This document shows, piece by piece, positions 13,251 through 23,475 of a stretch of DNA of 64,000 nt. The notes beneath the pieces are model-generated. The model saw nothing but the letters and a program-made list of their open reading frames with translations, ran no database searches and was not told the origin of the DNA. The position numbers and the translations under genes are program-made. This stretch comes from Calcarisporiella thermophila CBS 279.70 (Eukaryota > Fungi > Calcarisporiellomycota), in contig NW_027192191.1 of NCBI RefSeq assembly GCF_041956535.1, positions 1,065,443 through 1,129,442 of the forward strand, written 5' to 3'. Position 1 is the stretch's first letter. Each line of letters starts with the position of its first letter.

Positions 13251-14074
13251 CTCCAAACCTGAGAGTAAACCAAACCTTTGCAGTGTTTCCCGGTGAAGTG
13301 AAGTGTGACTGAAATTTGTGACTCTGCTTGTATCCATGGCAATACTTCCACTAGTTTTCCCATTCCGCGCAGAGTTCGCCTACGACAATGCCTACGTCGG
13401 AGAAAGGGCTCTGCTGCGGGCCACCAGGGGCTGCACAGTCAGCAAGCAAGCACATTCGTGTCAACTTACTCATTTTTCTTTTACAATCCACACTCCGGGG
13501 GCGAGTCGTGAAAGTAAAAAAGATTCCTTTATATATATAGCTTAAATATATATATATAAATACTACAAGAAATACGGAAGAAAGATGAACAATGAACAAA
13601 GAACCGGTTGGGTGACACAGTGGAAGCTTGGCTGAGAAGAAAAATCAGAGAAAAAACAACTGAAAAAAAAAAGTAAAAGGCGTCAGACAAAAACTTTGGA
13701 ATCTTTAATACATTTCTGTACATGAAAATAGGGGAGGGGAGAGAATAAAAAGTATATCCGCTAGAAACAAGAGTGAACAACCGAATATAAAAAAATACTC
13801 GCACAATAATAAAATTGCTCTCAGTACCTTACAAGAGTGAAGTCATAAAACGCTATGATTAAAAGAAAAATCTGTGCCGGCCAAACACTAGGAAAAAAAA
13901 AGTATTGCTGTCATTATGGAACATTGCGACGAATGAAGTTAGAAAAAAAAAAAATGCGAAAAAAAGAGAGGGAAGCATGCGAGAAGAGTGGATTGCAGAT
14001 GGGAAGGGGGTTTGTTTTTTTTTCTATCGCAAACACAGTCAAGAAGGGAATAAGAAAACAAAAATCCGGTATTG

Positions 14075-15197
14075 TTATGGGGTCCTGAACTGAGCCAGTG
14101 GATGCTGCTGTGGGTGATGTGCAGGGGTGCCATATGCAAACTGGGGCGGGTATGGAGCGGCAGAAGGAGACACCAAGCCGCTCAGGGGGTGATAGTAGTG
14201 GGAGTAGTATGAGGTCCAGTAGGGGTGATGGTGGCGATAGGAGGGGGGGCACGCGCCGGCGCTCGCTCTGCGGGGATGGAGGGAGGCGGCGGAGGAGGCA
14301 GAGGAGGCGCGGCCGGGGGGGCGGGCGCGGAGTGTCGCGCGCCGCCTCGTTGATTGTCCAGTAGCCGCCCTTGCCGGACTCGGTGGTGGGCCGCGCATCG
14401 CGGACGAAGATGCGCTTTGTGGTGAGGTTGTGGCGGACCGAGTTCTAAGGCAAGACGAGTTAGTCCACCCGGGGCGGGAGCCGCTGGGCAAGGCCTGCGA
14501 GGCTTACCTTCCAGGTGCACTTTGCGGTGCGGAAGTACTTGTAGTGGGTGAGGATCCATTCGTAGATCTCGCTCACCGTCATCCGCTTTTGCGGGCTCGA
14601 CTCGATCGCGCTTGTGATCATGGTAGCGTAGGAGAGGGAGGGCCGGCCGTCGGGGGTCTCGCCGGGGGCGAGCCGTTGGAGGTCGGGGTCGCCGCTTGCA
14701 TCGTCGACCTTGCCGTCGCCTGCCTCCCCCTCCTCGCCGTCGTCCGTGAGCTCCGACCCCATGCTGCGGAGCAGCAGAGGGGCGGGGGCACGGGGGGCGG
14801 CGCCGGCGAGGGGGGCCTCGGCGGGCTCGTCGCTGACGGCCTGGTGCCGGTCGTCCACCAGCACGGGCGGCTCCAGCATGTCGGCGCTCGACTCCAAGTC
14901 CGGGACGTCGGCCTGGATGGGCGAGGAGAGGAGGGCGTGGAAGCCCTCCTCGGGGTAGCCTGCGCCGTAGAAGTCGGCGGGGTAGCTATGGACATAGCTC
15001 CACCCGCCGCCCATCAGCGGGGTGGCGGGCTGCGGGGCGGGGGCGGGCGGCTGGGGGTTGTTGACGACCATCGCCGACAGGCTTTCGAAGCCCGAGGAGA
15101 AGAAGAGGTGCGGATGGGTATAGGCGTAGGGATCGGCGGCGGCGTCATAGTCCATCGACGGGACGGAAGGAGCGTTGCTTAGCTCATAGTCCTTCAT
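14075..15197 (-). CDS. Forkhead (winged-helix) transcription factor; apparent frameshift after the DNA-binding domain
   Basis: Exon 1 15197-14508, exon 2 from 14444. RPSLSYATMITSAIESSPQKRMTVSEIYEWI...WK|NSVRHNLT...GKGGYW. The natural-looking C-terminus ends at 14075 only after a one-base shift at 14315-14321; the unshifted frame ends at 13914. Confidence 0.88.
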
Positions 15198-15270
15198 TTT
15201 GGCTGTTAACGAGTCGGTGTGGGCTTATCCTAAGAGAAGGTCCTGGGGGAAGGGTGCAGTTGAAGGTTGC

Positions 15271-15271
15271 G

Positions 15272-15302
<31 letters not shown>

Positions 15303-15332
15303 GTTGTTGTGTTGTTGTTGTTGTTGCTGTTG
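15271..15332. repeat. Imperfect (TTG)n/(CAA)n microsatellite in the forkhead 5' leader
   Basis: About 20 TTG units with small interruptions, between a minus-strand TATAAA (about 15416-15411) and the ATG at 15197. Confidence 0.9.
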
Positions 15333-17783
15333 TGTAGGGGACGGGCCAGAAAGACAGGGAAGAAAACCAGAAAATCCTGTTGTTCCCGCTCGCGGCCTCT
15401 TGTTTTAGATCTTTATATACGGAGGGGGGGGAGATGGGGCGATGGAGCCGTAGAGTTAAAGTGGGAGCAAAAAAAAACCGGTTGACAGAATGCAGGTCCG
15501 AAGAAGGCACGGCGCAGAAAGGAAAAACGAGCTGGGTGAAAAAAACGGGGAGGCGACGGGAGCCGAATTTAAGAGAGTTGCTCGGCCCTCGCATCAGCAT
15601 CAGGCTCTTCGCTCTTTAACATTATTTTTGGAGTAAGGTTTCTCTGAATGGAGAAGCTTGTTTGTGGCAAACAGTACAGCGATGATTGATTTCTCGGGCG
15701 GGGTAGGAAAAGAGGGTGCAGAGATGGCAAACCGCGCGGTTTCTCAGCCGATAATGCGCACACGCCTCTCCCGCGATTACGATCCATCCTGCGCCCGCCG
15801 TGATGGGGCCGCGCGCGGAGCAATTAATCAGGCTTGCTTGATCAATTTAGCCAAACCGGTTTGGCCCTTGTGCGGATGCTCTTTAGCGTTAGGTTTAATA
15901 GAGCAGCGTTGGGCGGCCCGGGTGTGTGGAGGAGGAGGCGGGCGGCCTATGCAGGGAGAAAAATGACGCGAGAATCTGCGGGCTCGGGCGGTGCTTATTC
16001 GCTGGCTCCCACCCCCCCCCCCCCCTCTGCTCTCCCAATGCCCAGGCGTGGTCGCAAAGCTCCCGCCATGACGCCGGCGTTGAGCGATTTTCCGCCACTT
16101 CTCCCCCAATCCGTGAGAGAGGAGAGGGCGGCCCATTGGCTGGCAGGGGGGATGAGATGCATAAGATGCGGCCCTCCCTTTGTTTGTTTTCTCCTTGTGT
16201 ATTCGTTCGGGCCCGCCAATCGCGCCGCGCGACAGGCTTCGGAATCCAGATCAGCTGCGAACAGATAACGCGGCGGCGCTGATTGGCCGATGCGCCTTGC
16301 CTATCCGGGGGCGACTCGCGAGCGGCCCTCTTGCTGCCTCGGCTGCCGCCTGGATTCGCATTGCCTCGAATGGCAGGCACAGCTCGGCCAGGTTGGCATA
16401 GGGTTTTTCGGTCCGAGAGGCCAGCTCTGAGGAAACCTTGCGCGGCCCACTCCTGATCTTTCATCCGAAAACGGGGGCTCTTTGCGGGGCACAGAAAGCC
16501 TAGCGCAACAAGGTTTGCCCAATCCCCGCGCTGTGCCACCCGTTAGATCTGCCTGGCGGGAATAGCGATTTGTCACTTCATTAGCGACAAAGACAGGTTC
16601 GAGGCGGCCCGCGTCTGATTCGCCGGCACCCTCGCTTGTGCAAGGGCACATGAACGCTACTCTTGGTGCTAGCATCTCTAGTGCGGTTAATGATCGCGCT
16701 CAAGGAGGAACCCCGCGCGGCTGCGGAATTGGCTGAGGGCCGAGTGGAGGGCAGGTTTCGTGGAGCAGCCGCCTCTGCGCTCGCCGACTTTTTCGTTAGG
16801 CCGCTGCATCTCTCGGCCACCGGCGCGCGCGCCGCCATTGGCTACCGCTTCATGAGTAATCGGGCCCTCGCGCAATAAACCAAGAAAACCGGATAAGAGC
16901 TGGGAACTTTTTCGCACCTCCCGCTGCAGATGCAAGAAAACAACCTTAATCTAAATCCAAGCTGTGGATAAGCCGGGCCTGAGGAGTGGGAAAAACCCAT
17001 GGAGGAAGCGTTTCCTTTAAAATCTAGCCTTCCTCTGCCGCTGCCTTTTTTTTTTCCCACTGCAGCTCTGAGAAGAACCATAATCTGGGTAGGCTTTATT
17101 GTCTTAATGGAGGCTCCATGGCGCGCCGTTTGACTTTAGCGTTGAGATTGACAGAGCCTCGTTGACGAGACGACTGACTTGCGTCAAATCCAAAAGCTAA
17201 TCCCCCATGTGGCCGCCCGCCGGCCCGCCGCCGCCACGCACCTGTCTCCCGCCGCAAGGTAGCCGCATGCGGCCACCGTAGGCTGCGGCCCCTTGGCCAA
17301 AGCCACGCGCTGCGTTCTTCTAGAATGCGTCCTGCTCCGCTCACTTAAGCTTACAGACGCATTTCCCTCCCCGTGGCTTTGAACTCCCAATTTTCGATTT
17401 TAAGGTTGAAGAAGCTTACATAATCAGGGTTGTTTTATCGTGGATTCGTCTTGGAAAAAAAAAAGTATCATGGAAAGAGAGGAGTGGGAAAAGAAAATAT
17501 CGAGCCAAAAAACAACAACGTTTTGAAGGGGAAAAAAAAAAAGAGATAATACAGGGATTTGGTCAGATTGCAGTCGTGTCATGTCAAATGTCTAAAAAAG
17601 ACCACAAAAAAAAAAGAAAATAGTAACAAATAATACCATCTAATATCAGTGAATATACAGAAGCAGTCGAAAGAAGAAAAGAGTAAAAGAAAAAACGCAA
17701 ATATAAGGGGATTTTTAACGAAAATTCAGCATACCTTTGCATATAAACAAGGAAGGGAGTATTCCCCTAAAGCTACTTTATAT

Positions 17784-19527
17784 TTACACGGAATGTCGCG
17801 AAGAAAACGGAGACTCTATCCCCCCCTGAGGATCAAAACCGTCCCTGGCCCCCTGCTCACCCTCACCACCGCATTCGTGCGGCGTTTTGGCATCGGGTGC
17901 CTGAATCAAACTGGGTGTGGGAGAGGCGACCGAGTGCCTGCGCTGCCGCTTAGTCAGGGCAGGGGCGTTCATGCGAGAGCAATAGGTGCCTATCGGGGAC
18001 GCAAGAGCTCTTGCGTTAGCCATCGTCTAACAAGGAGAAGGCAAGCTGGAGGAAGAAAAAGGGGAGACTCACAAAGAAGATTGCCATCGACACTCTGGCG
18101 CCAAAAAATGGAATCCTTGCGCCCGCACCGTTCGCATGCCGTGACCTGGCGGGGAGTGGATCGAGCCACCTTGACACTACCATCGTTGGCTTTGTACCAG
18201 GGTCGAGGCCGGCCGTGGATCTTTTGGCTATCAAGGACGGGGAGAGAGGGCGTCAGTCAATTCTTCTAGGGGAGGGAGAGAAAGGGCGTCCGCCCCCCCC
18301 AGCTCACTCACTAGAGGCCGCAGGCATTGCACAGAAGCTGCTTCCCGTCTGGACAACGGCGCCAGCTCGGAGTCTCCGTCGCGAGGCAATTGGCGCATTC
18401 ACGGCGGGTCACCAGCTTCGACAGCGCTCTCTCTTTCTTCTTTTTGGTCACCAGAGAAAAGCTCCTAGCAGTGGCTGCATAAGTAGTAGTGGGGGAAGAG
18501 GAAGAGGCTATTAGAATGGGGCTGAGGATAAATCTTCCGGGTTGAGCAGACGGGCGGACACAGAGGAATAGTAAAACAAAAAAAAAAGGCAGGATAGAGT
18601 AGATGGAAATAGATTACCCATGATCGAGCCTGGGAAGCACTGGGATATCATGTCTTCATTTCCATGCTCCCCCACCCATTGCCTCACCAAGGTCGTCCAC
18701 CGATCCTCCTCCTCCTCCTCCCCTTCCTGTCCCTCCGCATCCTCGCCTCCCGCCCCGGGGTGGAATTCATACGTCTCCATCCCGGTCTGCGCAAAAGGCG
18801 AGGAGGGGGTGACCGGCTCGGATACCGAGTGGAAGAGAGGGCCCGACCAATTGGGCCCCTCCATGGCCGGCGGATGGCCTGGGTTGATCAGGGATGCCGT
18901 AGAGAGGTTCCACGGTAGATGGAGGAGTTCTCCCTGCGGCAGGGTGGAAGATGGCCAGGTAGAGGAGATGTCGGCTGTGGGCGTAGTTTGTGTGGGTGAG
19001 GAGCAAGGGGGGAGCGCGGAGAGATAGGATAAAGGGGTCAACTGCGAGAGTGGCTGTGAGGAGGAAGAGGAAGAGGGGGGGCTCCAAAGAGAGGAGGCGG
19101 GGTTCATATCATCCTGGGAGCGTCCGCCAAAGGAATACATGAGCCCACTATGGATGGAGGAAATGTCCTGCGGAGCTTGCGGGGACGGTAGAGGAACCTG
19201 CACCTGCTCTCGAAGGAAGATCGAGATCTCGTTCAAGGTTTCGCTGGGTTGCCCCCCGAACTGGCTATGGTAAAGCAAGCTCCTCTCCTCCACTGGTAGC
19301 TCCGGTGTCGCCTCAGCCATCCCTTCGTCGTCGTGTTTTTCTCCCCCATTCCCCGCTCTATTCATCGTCAACGGAGTGCTCCTGTTGGGCTGATTCAACA
19401 TAGGGCTCGAATTGGTCCCATCGTCCATCTCTTCACCCCTCTCCAGCATGGACCTCCTCTTTTTCATTTCCCCATATTCTTCTCCTTCTTTGATGCTTCC
19501 AAGATACTCTTCTCCCTCTTCAACCAT
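17784..19527 (-). CDS. GATA zinc-finger transcription factor with two fingers
   Basis: Exons 19527-18618, 18507-18312, 18227-18073, 17989-17784. Finger 1 [29 protein letters not shown]; finger 2 CERCGRKDSIFWRQSVDGNLLCTYC; acidic Ser/Pro-rich N-terminus. Confidence 0.88.
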
Positions 19528-20270
19528 TACGTTGTTTATTTAAACAAAAAGCAAAGCCAAAAAAAAGACTCCCCTGGAAAGGTTCCATCGTACTTCGTCG
19601 TATGTTTATATATATTTTTTATATATACATGGAAATCCGATGTGCGTAGGTAGGTGGGTATAAAGATTAATGGGAGATTAAAAATTCAACCTCTTTATGG
19701 TACAATAAATAAGAGAGCATGTGGTTCTGGACGGAAAATAATGCGCAACATCGTGATATATCACTCAGGGAAAGGTTCCGGGGTTCCATGTCTTTCATCA
19801 CTCTCCATGCGGATTTGACGTTCGATGGCAGCGTTTGGCAAATTTTGAAAATAAGGGGGGCATCTTGCAGCATCATCACCGTGCTTTCAAGGGTGTGACT
19901 CATGCATGTTGTAAAGATTCATGTAAAGGTGGTGGGCAACTCTCCTCCTCTCTTCTTTCTCCTCCCCTAAAAGTGGTTCCCTCCCCCTCCCCCTGGTTGG
20001 ATTTTTTTTTATCTCCACCAGGAATGCACAGAGAGGATTGTGAATTAAAAAGAGAAACGGCGATTTTCATGCTCTATTAAAAAAGGATTACGTATGTAGG
20101 AGTCCTGTGAGTGAAACCAATAAAATAAATAGCAGCTGGGAGGGGAGTAAGAAATAAGGGGAGGGAATGTCGTCACATCCATTGCAAAATAAAAAATGGA
20201 GCATAGCTCAAGTTTCTAATTGCCATCAGCAAGAAAGCGTGGTAGCCATTGTCTTTCCCTACGAAAAGGC

Positions 20271-21359
20271 TCACGAAATAAAGGGGATATAGGTGGGGGT
20301 CCGCGACCGATAGGCACGGTAGTCATGTCCAAAAAAACGCACCAGAGTGTGCTCCTCATACTCTATCCTAGAGGAGAAGAAGTTGTGCAGCACAGGCAGG
20401 AACCCAAGCACACATAGAGGATTGCGCAGCATTATCTGGGTACCAAGCGCCCAGTAGTAGAAGCCAAAATAAGAAGGATGGCGGAGGTATCTGATAGCAA
20501 GGGAAAGATTTAAGAAAACAAGCAGGTGGGGTGAGCGAAACTTCGGCTCTGCAAAGTGTGCATTCGGTGAATAAACTCTTACTTGAAGATTCCGGTCGTC
20601 ACTAGTTGATGATGTGGGGTTTTGAAGTCGACGATCTGGTGCGAGAAGTTGGACTTTGCATGCAACATGGCGAGGGTCCGCGCCACTTGTCCTATGAGCA
20701 GTATGAAAAAGCCTAGGGCGATGTTGAGCCGGAGAGGCAAGTAAACATTAGCCTATCAGAAAGCGGGAGGGGAGACGATCTTTTAGCTGGAGATAGATGT
20801 TACCTGTCCAAGAAATGATGGAGAATCCTCGTTTCCACTGAGGGAAAAGGTACAATTCGACTAAGAACTCAACAATGCCTGCGGTGTGAGCCGCCGTGTA
20901 GGCGATGCTATGATTAATAAGGAATGCTACAGGAGAGGGAAGAAAAAAAGAGAGAGAAGAGTAAGGAAGAGCAAGGTAAACAAGATGCGACGAAGGGCCC
21001 TAGCGATGGGATTCTCACGAGCTAGTTCACTTACAATCTAGAGAGAGTTTGGAAGGATTGTAGAGTGCGGTGGCGAAGTATTCCAACACATGAAACACGG
21101 AAATGGCTGCAATGAAGATCCACAGTTGGGGGATGCTGCTGTACAAAGGAAGGACTACGCTTGCTCCAAACAGTGCGCCAAGGCCGAAGCTGTACAGGGT
21201 GATATTCTGAGGTGTATTCTGGCCATCGAGTAAGGCGGCCGTTTTAGGTGGGATGGGGGAGCGAGGGCGAGGCAATGAGCGCGAGGGCAGGCGTATGGAG
21301 CCATTGGCAGGATCAAAGTGATTCGGGGGCGTCTCTTGCGATTCTAGAGGATCATTCAT
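20271..21359 (-). CDS. STE14: Isoprenylcysteine carboxyl methyltransferase
   Basis: FHVLEYFATA, AFLINHS, RTLAMLHAKSNFSHQI, HQLVTTGIF|RYLRHPSYFGFYYW-type motif, RIEYEEHTLVRFFG, TPTYIPFIS*; multi-exon. Confidence 0.95.
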
Positions 21360-21617
21360 GGTTCTGAAAACGCGACCGGAAGCAGAATCGTCAAGCCTTC
21401 AGGTAGAGTTTGCAAGTCATGAATTCGGAGAGCCAAACCAGTGGCCATTAGGATTTCTTAAACATAGAAATTTGTATTAGAAAGCAAGCAAAATTTAAGG
21501 GGTGAATCTAGAGAGTGTAGTGTCCCATGGGCACATCAGGGGAAAATAAGATCTAACAACCACAAAGAATGCAAATGTTCCTATTTCAAAGCGGTCTGGT
21601 GGCAGGGGGGAGGGAGT

Positions 21618-22781
21618 TCATGCCTTGCCATTCACCCGCTCAAACTCTCTCATATACTCCACCAATTTCTGAACCCCCTCTTCTGGCATCGCGTTATATG
21701 CGGAGACGCGAATTCCACCCACGCTTCTATGCCCCTTGAGCTCGATCATGCCACGTGCGGCAGCGCCTTGGACGAATGCTTTCTCCAGCTCCTCATTGCC
21801 AATCCGGAAACAGACGTTCATCCGCGAGCGTGCTTTGCTATCCACCGGGCATTTGTAGATGCTCGACTTGTCAATGGTCTCATAGAGCAGTCGAGCCTTG
21901 CGCTCGTTCCTCTCTTCCATGGCTTTCACTCCGCCTTGTTCCCGTAGCCACTCAAAGACCAGCCCCGCCATATAAATCGAGAACATGGGCGGGGTGTTGT
22001 AGAGCGAGTTGTTGTCAGCGGCGACCTTGTAGTCCAGCATCAGCGGCGGGACGGGCACTCCCAGCTTGTCTGCCGCAGAGTGCGCCCCAGCCAACAAATC
22101 TCGTCGCACAATCACAATAGTTAATCCGGCAGGCCCAATGTTCTTCTGTGCTCCAGCGTAGATCAAGGCATATTTGGAGACATCAAAGGAACGCGACAAG
22201 ATATTCGAGGACATGTCACACACAAGAGGGGCGGAGACGTCGGGCGCCTCGGCGGGGAACTCGACCCCGTGGATCGTCTCGTTTGCGCAGTAGTAGACAT
22301 AGGCAGCGTCAGGGCCGCTGAGTTTCCATTCGGAGCGCGGGGGAATGGAGGTATAGGAGCCAGTGCTGGCTTTGGTGTTGAACACCACATTCACATTGGC
22401 GCCAAGCCTCTTCGCCTCTTCCATGGCCTTCTGCGACCAGCTTCCCGTCACCATGTAATCTACAGGGGGATTCCATCCTTCCGGCACCTCACTCATTTGC
22501 CGTCGCTTCGCCGAAAGCATGTTGTACACCACCGCCGCAAATTGGGTCGTGCCACCGCCTTGCATGAAAAGAATCTCATGCGTATCCGGGATGCCAAGCA
22601 GTCCGCGGAGCTCTTCTTTGGCGCGGTTGACCACGGCTTCGAATGTCTTGGAACGGTGAGAGAGTTCCATTACGGAGACGCCGGTACCCTGGAAATCGAG
22701 AAACTCGTGTTGGGCGCGTTTGAGTACTGCCTCAGGGATCATGGCTGGGCCAGCGGCGAAATTCCAAGTTTTCCTTTCCAT
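21618..22781 (-). CDS. SER1: Phosphoserine aminotransferase (intronless)
   Basis: NFAAGPA, MELSHRS, QGGGTTQF, CANETIHGVEF, DMSSNILS, AGAQKNIG (PLP Lys), NTPP, KGHRSVGGIR. Confidence 0.97.
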   Translation of the reverse strand: MERKTWNFAAGPAMIPEAVLKRAQHEFLDFQGTGVSVMELSHRSKTFEAVVNRAKEELRGLLGIPDTHEILFMQGGGTTQFAAVVYNMLSAKRRQMSEVPEGWNPPVDYMVTGSWSQKAMEEAKRLGANVNVVFNTKASTGSYTSIPPRSEWKLSGPDAAYVYYCANETIHGVEFPAEAPDVSAPLVCDMSSNILSRSFDVSKYALIYAGAQKNIGPAGLTIVIVRRDLLAGAHSAADKLGVPVPPLMLDYKVAADNNSLYNTPPMFSIYMAGLVFEWLREQGGVKAMEERNERKARLLYETIDKSSIYKCPVDSKARSRMNVCFRIGNEELEKAFVQGAAARGMIELKGHRSVGGIRVSAYNAMPEEGVQKLVEYMREFERVNGKA

Positions 22782-22911
22782 GTCTATAAGTTGGTTGTGA
22801 TGGTTAGTTTGGATCGAGAGGTTCGGGGGGGGGGAGAGGGGGGGAGATGTGAGGAGTTTTCCGAGTGAACGAGAGAAGTGGAGGGAGGTTATCAAAAAAA
22901 TTTACTGATTT

Positions 22912-22918
22912 TGACTCA
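22912..22918. promoter_or_regulatory. Gcn4/CpcA consensus site TGACTCA upstream of SER1
   Basis: Exact TGACTCA about 130 bp upstream of the ATG, with a second half-site (CAGTCA) about 22925; SER1 is a known Gcn4 target in yeast. Confidence 0.55.
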
Positions 22919-23475
22919 GAAAAGCAGTCATTTTGTCCTATAGCATGTATATAACATTGTTTGGTTCATGGAGGCGTATTGTGAATTATTCTCCTCCCGA
23001 CAATACAATCTCAGTTTCCCCCGACTCTGTCAGTTAAATTCATACCAAGAAAGAGACCGATATAAAGCATCCGTATTTGGAGCCGTCTTGGGTAGGCCAT
23101 ATCCACCCCTGCTGAGAGCTCCTAGAGGGACTCCTGTCGCAATAAAATACCACGCCTTGTACTCTAAAAGTGATTTTCATTTTGATATTTAAAATTTGCT
23201 GCGCTACATTTCATATCGACGCGAGAAGTTTATTGCAAAGTGAAGCGGCACGGATCGTTTTAAATCTACTTGCCTCAGCTTCATCCCCTAACATCCTAGG
23301 CATCTTCTCTTCGAGCGTCCAGGAATCTTACAGATTCATTTCGGGTCCATCCAGTGTTATAAGGATTTGGATGGCGAGGTCGACAAAAGCTACCATCATC
23401 TCTAGCAATCCAATCTCTCTCCTCTAGTTTGTCGTGTTAGAGCTGTATCAGCCTCGTCACTACAAACCCACCGAT

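Noticed and set aside
15199-15600. Poly-Cys/Val/Asn ORFs
   Set aside because: Translations of the TTG microsatellite.
15600-17400. Many overlapping 70-214 aa ORFs
   Set aside because: No recognisable domains or consistent splice structure; expected by chance in GC-rich DNA.
17649-18514. Plus-strand ORFs of 206 aa and 99 aa
   Set aside because: Antisense shadows of the GATA exons.
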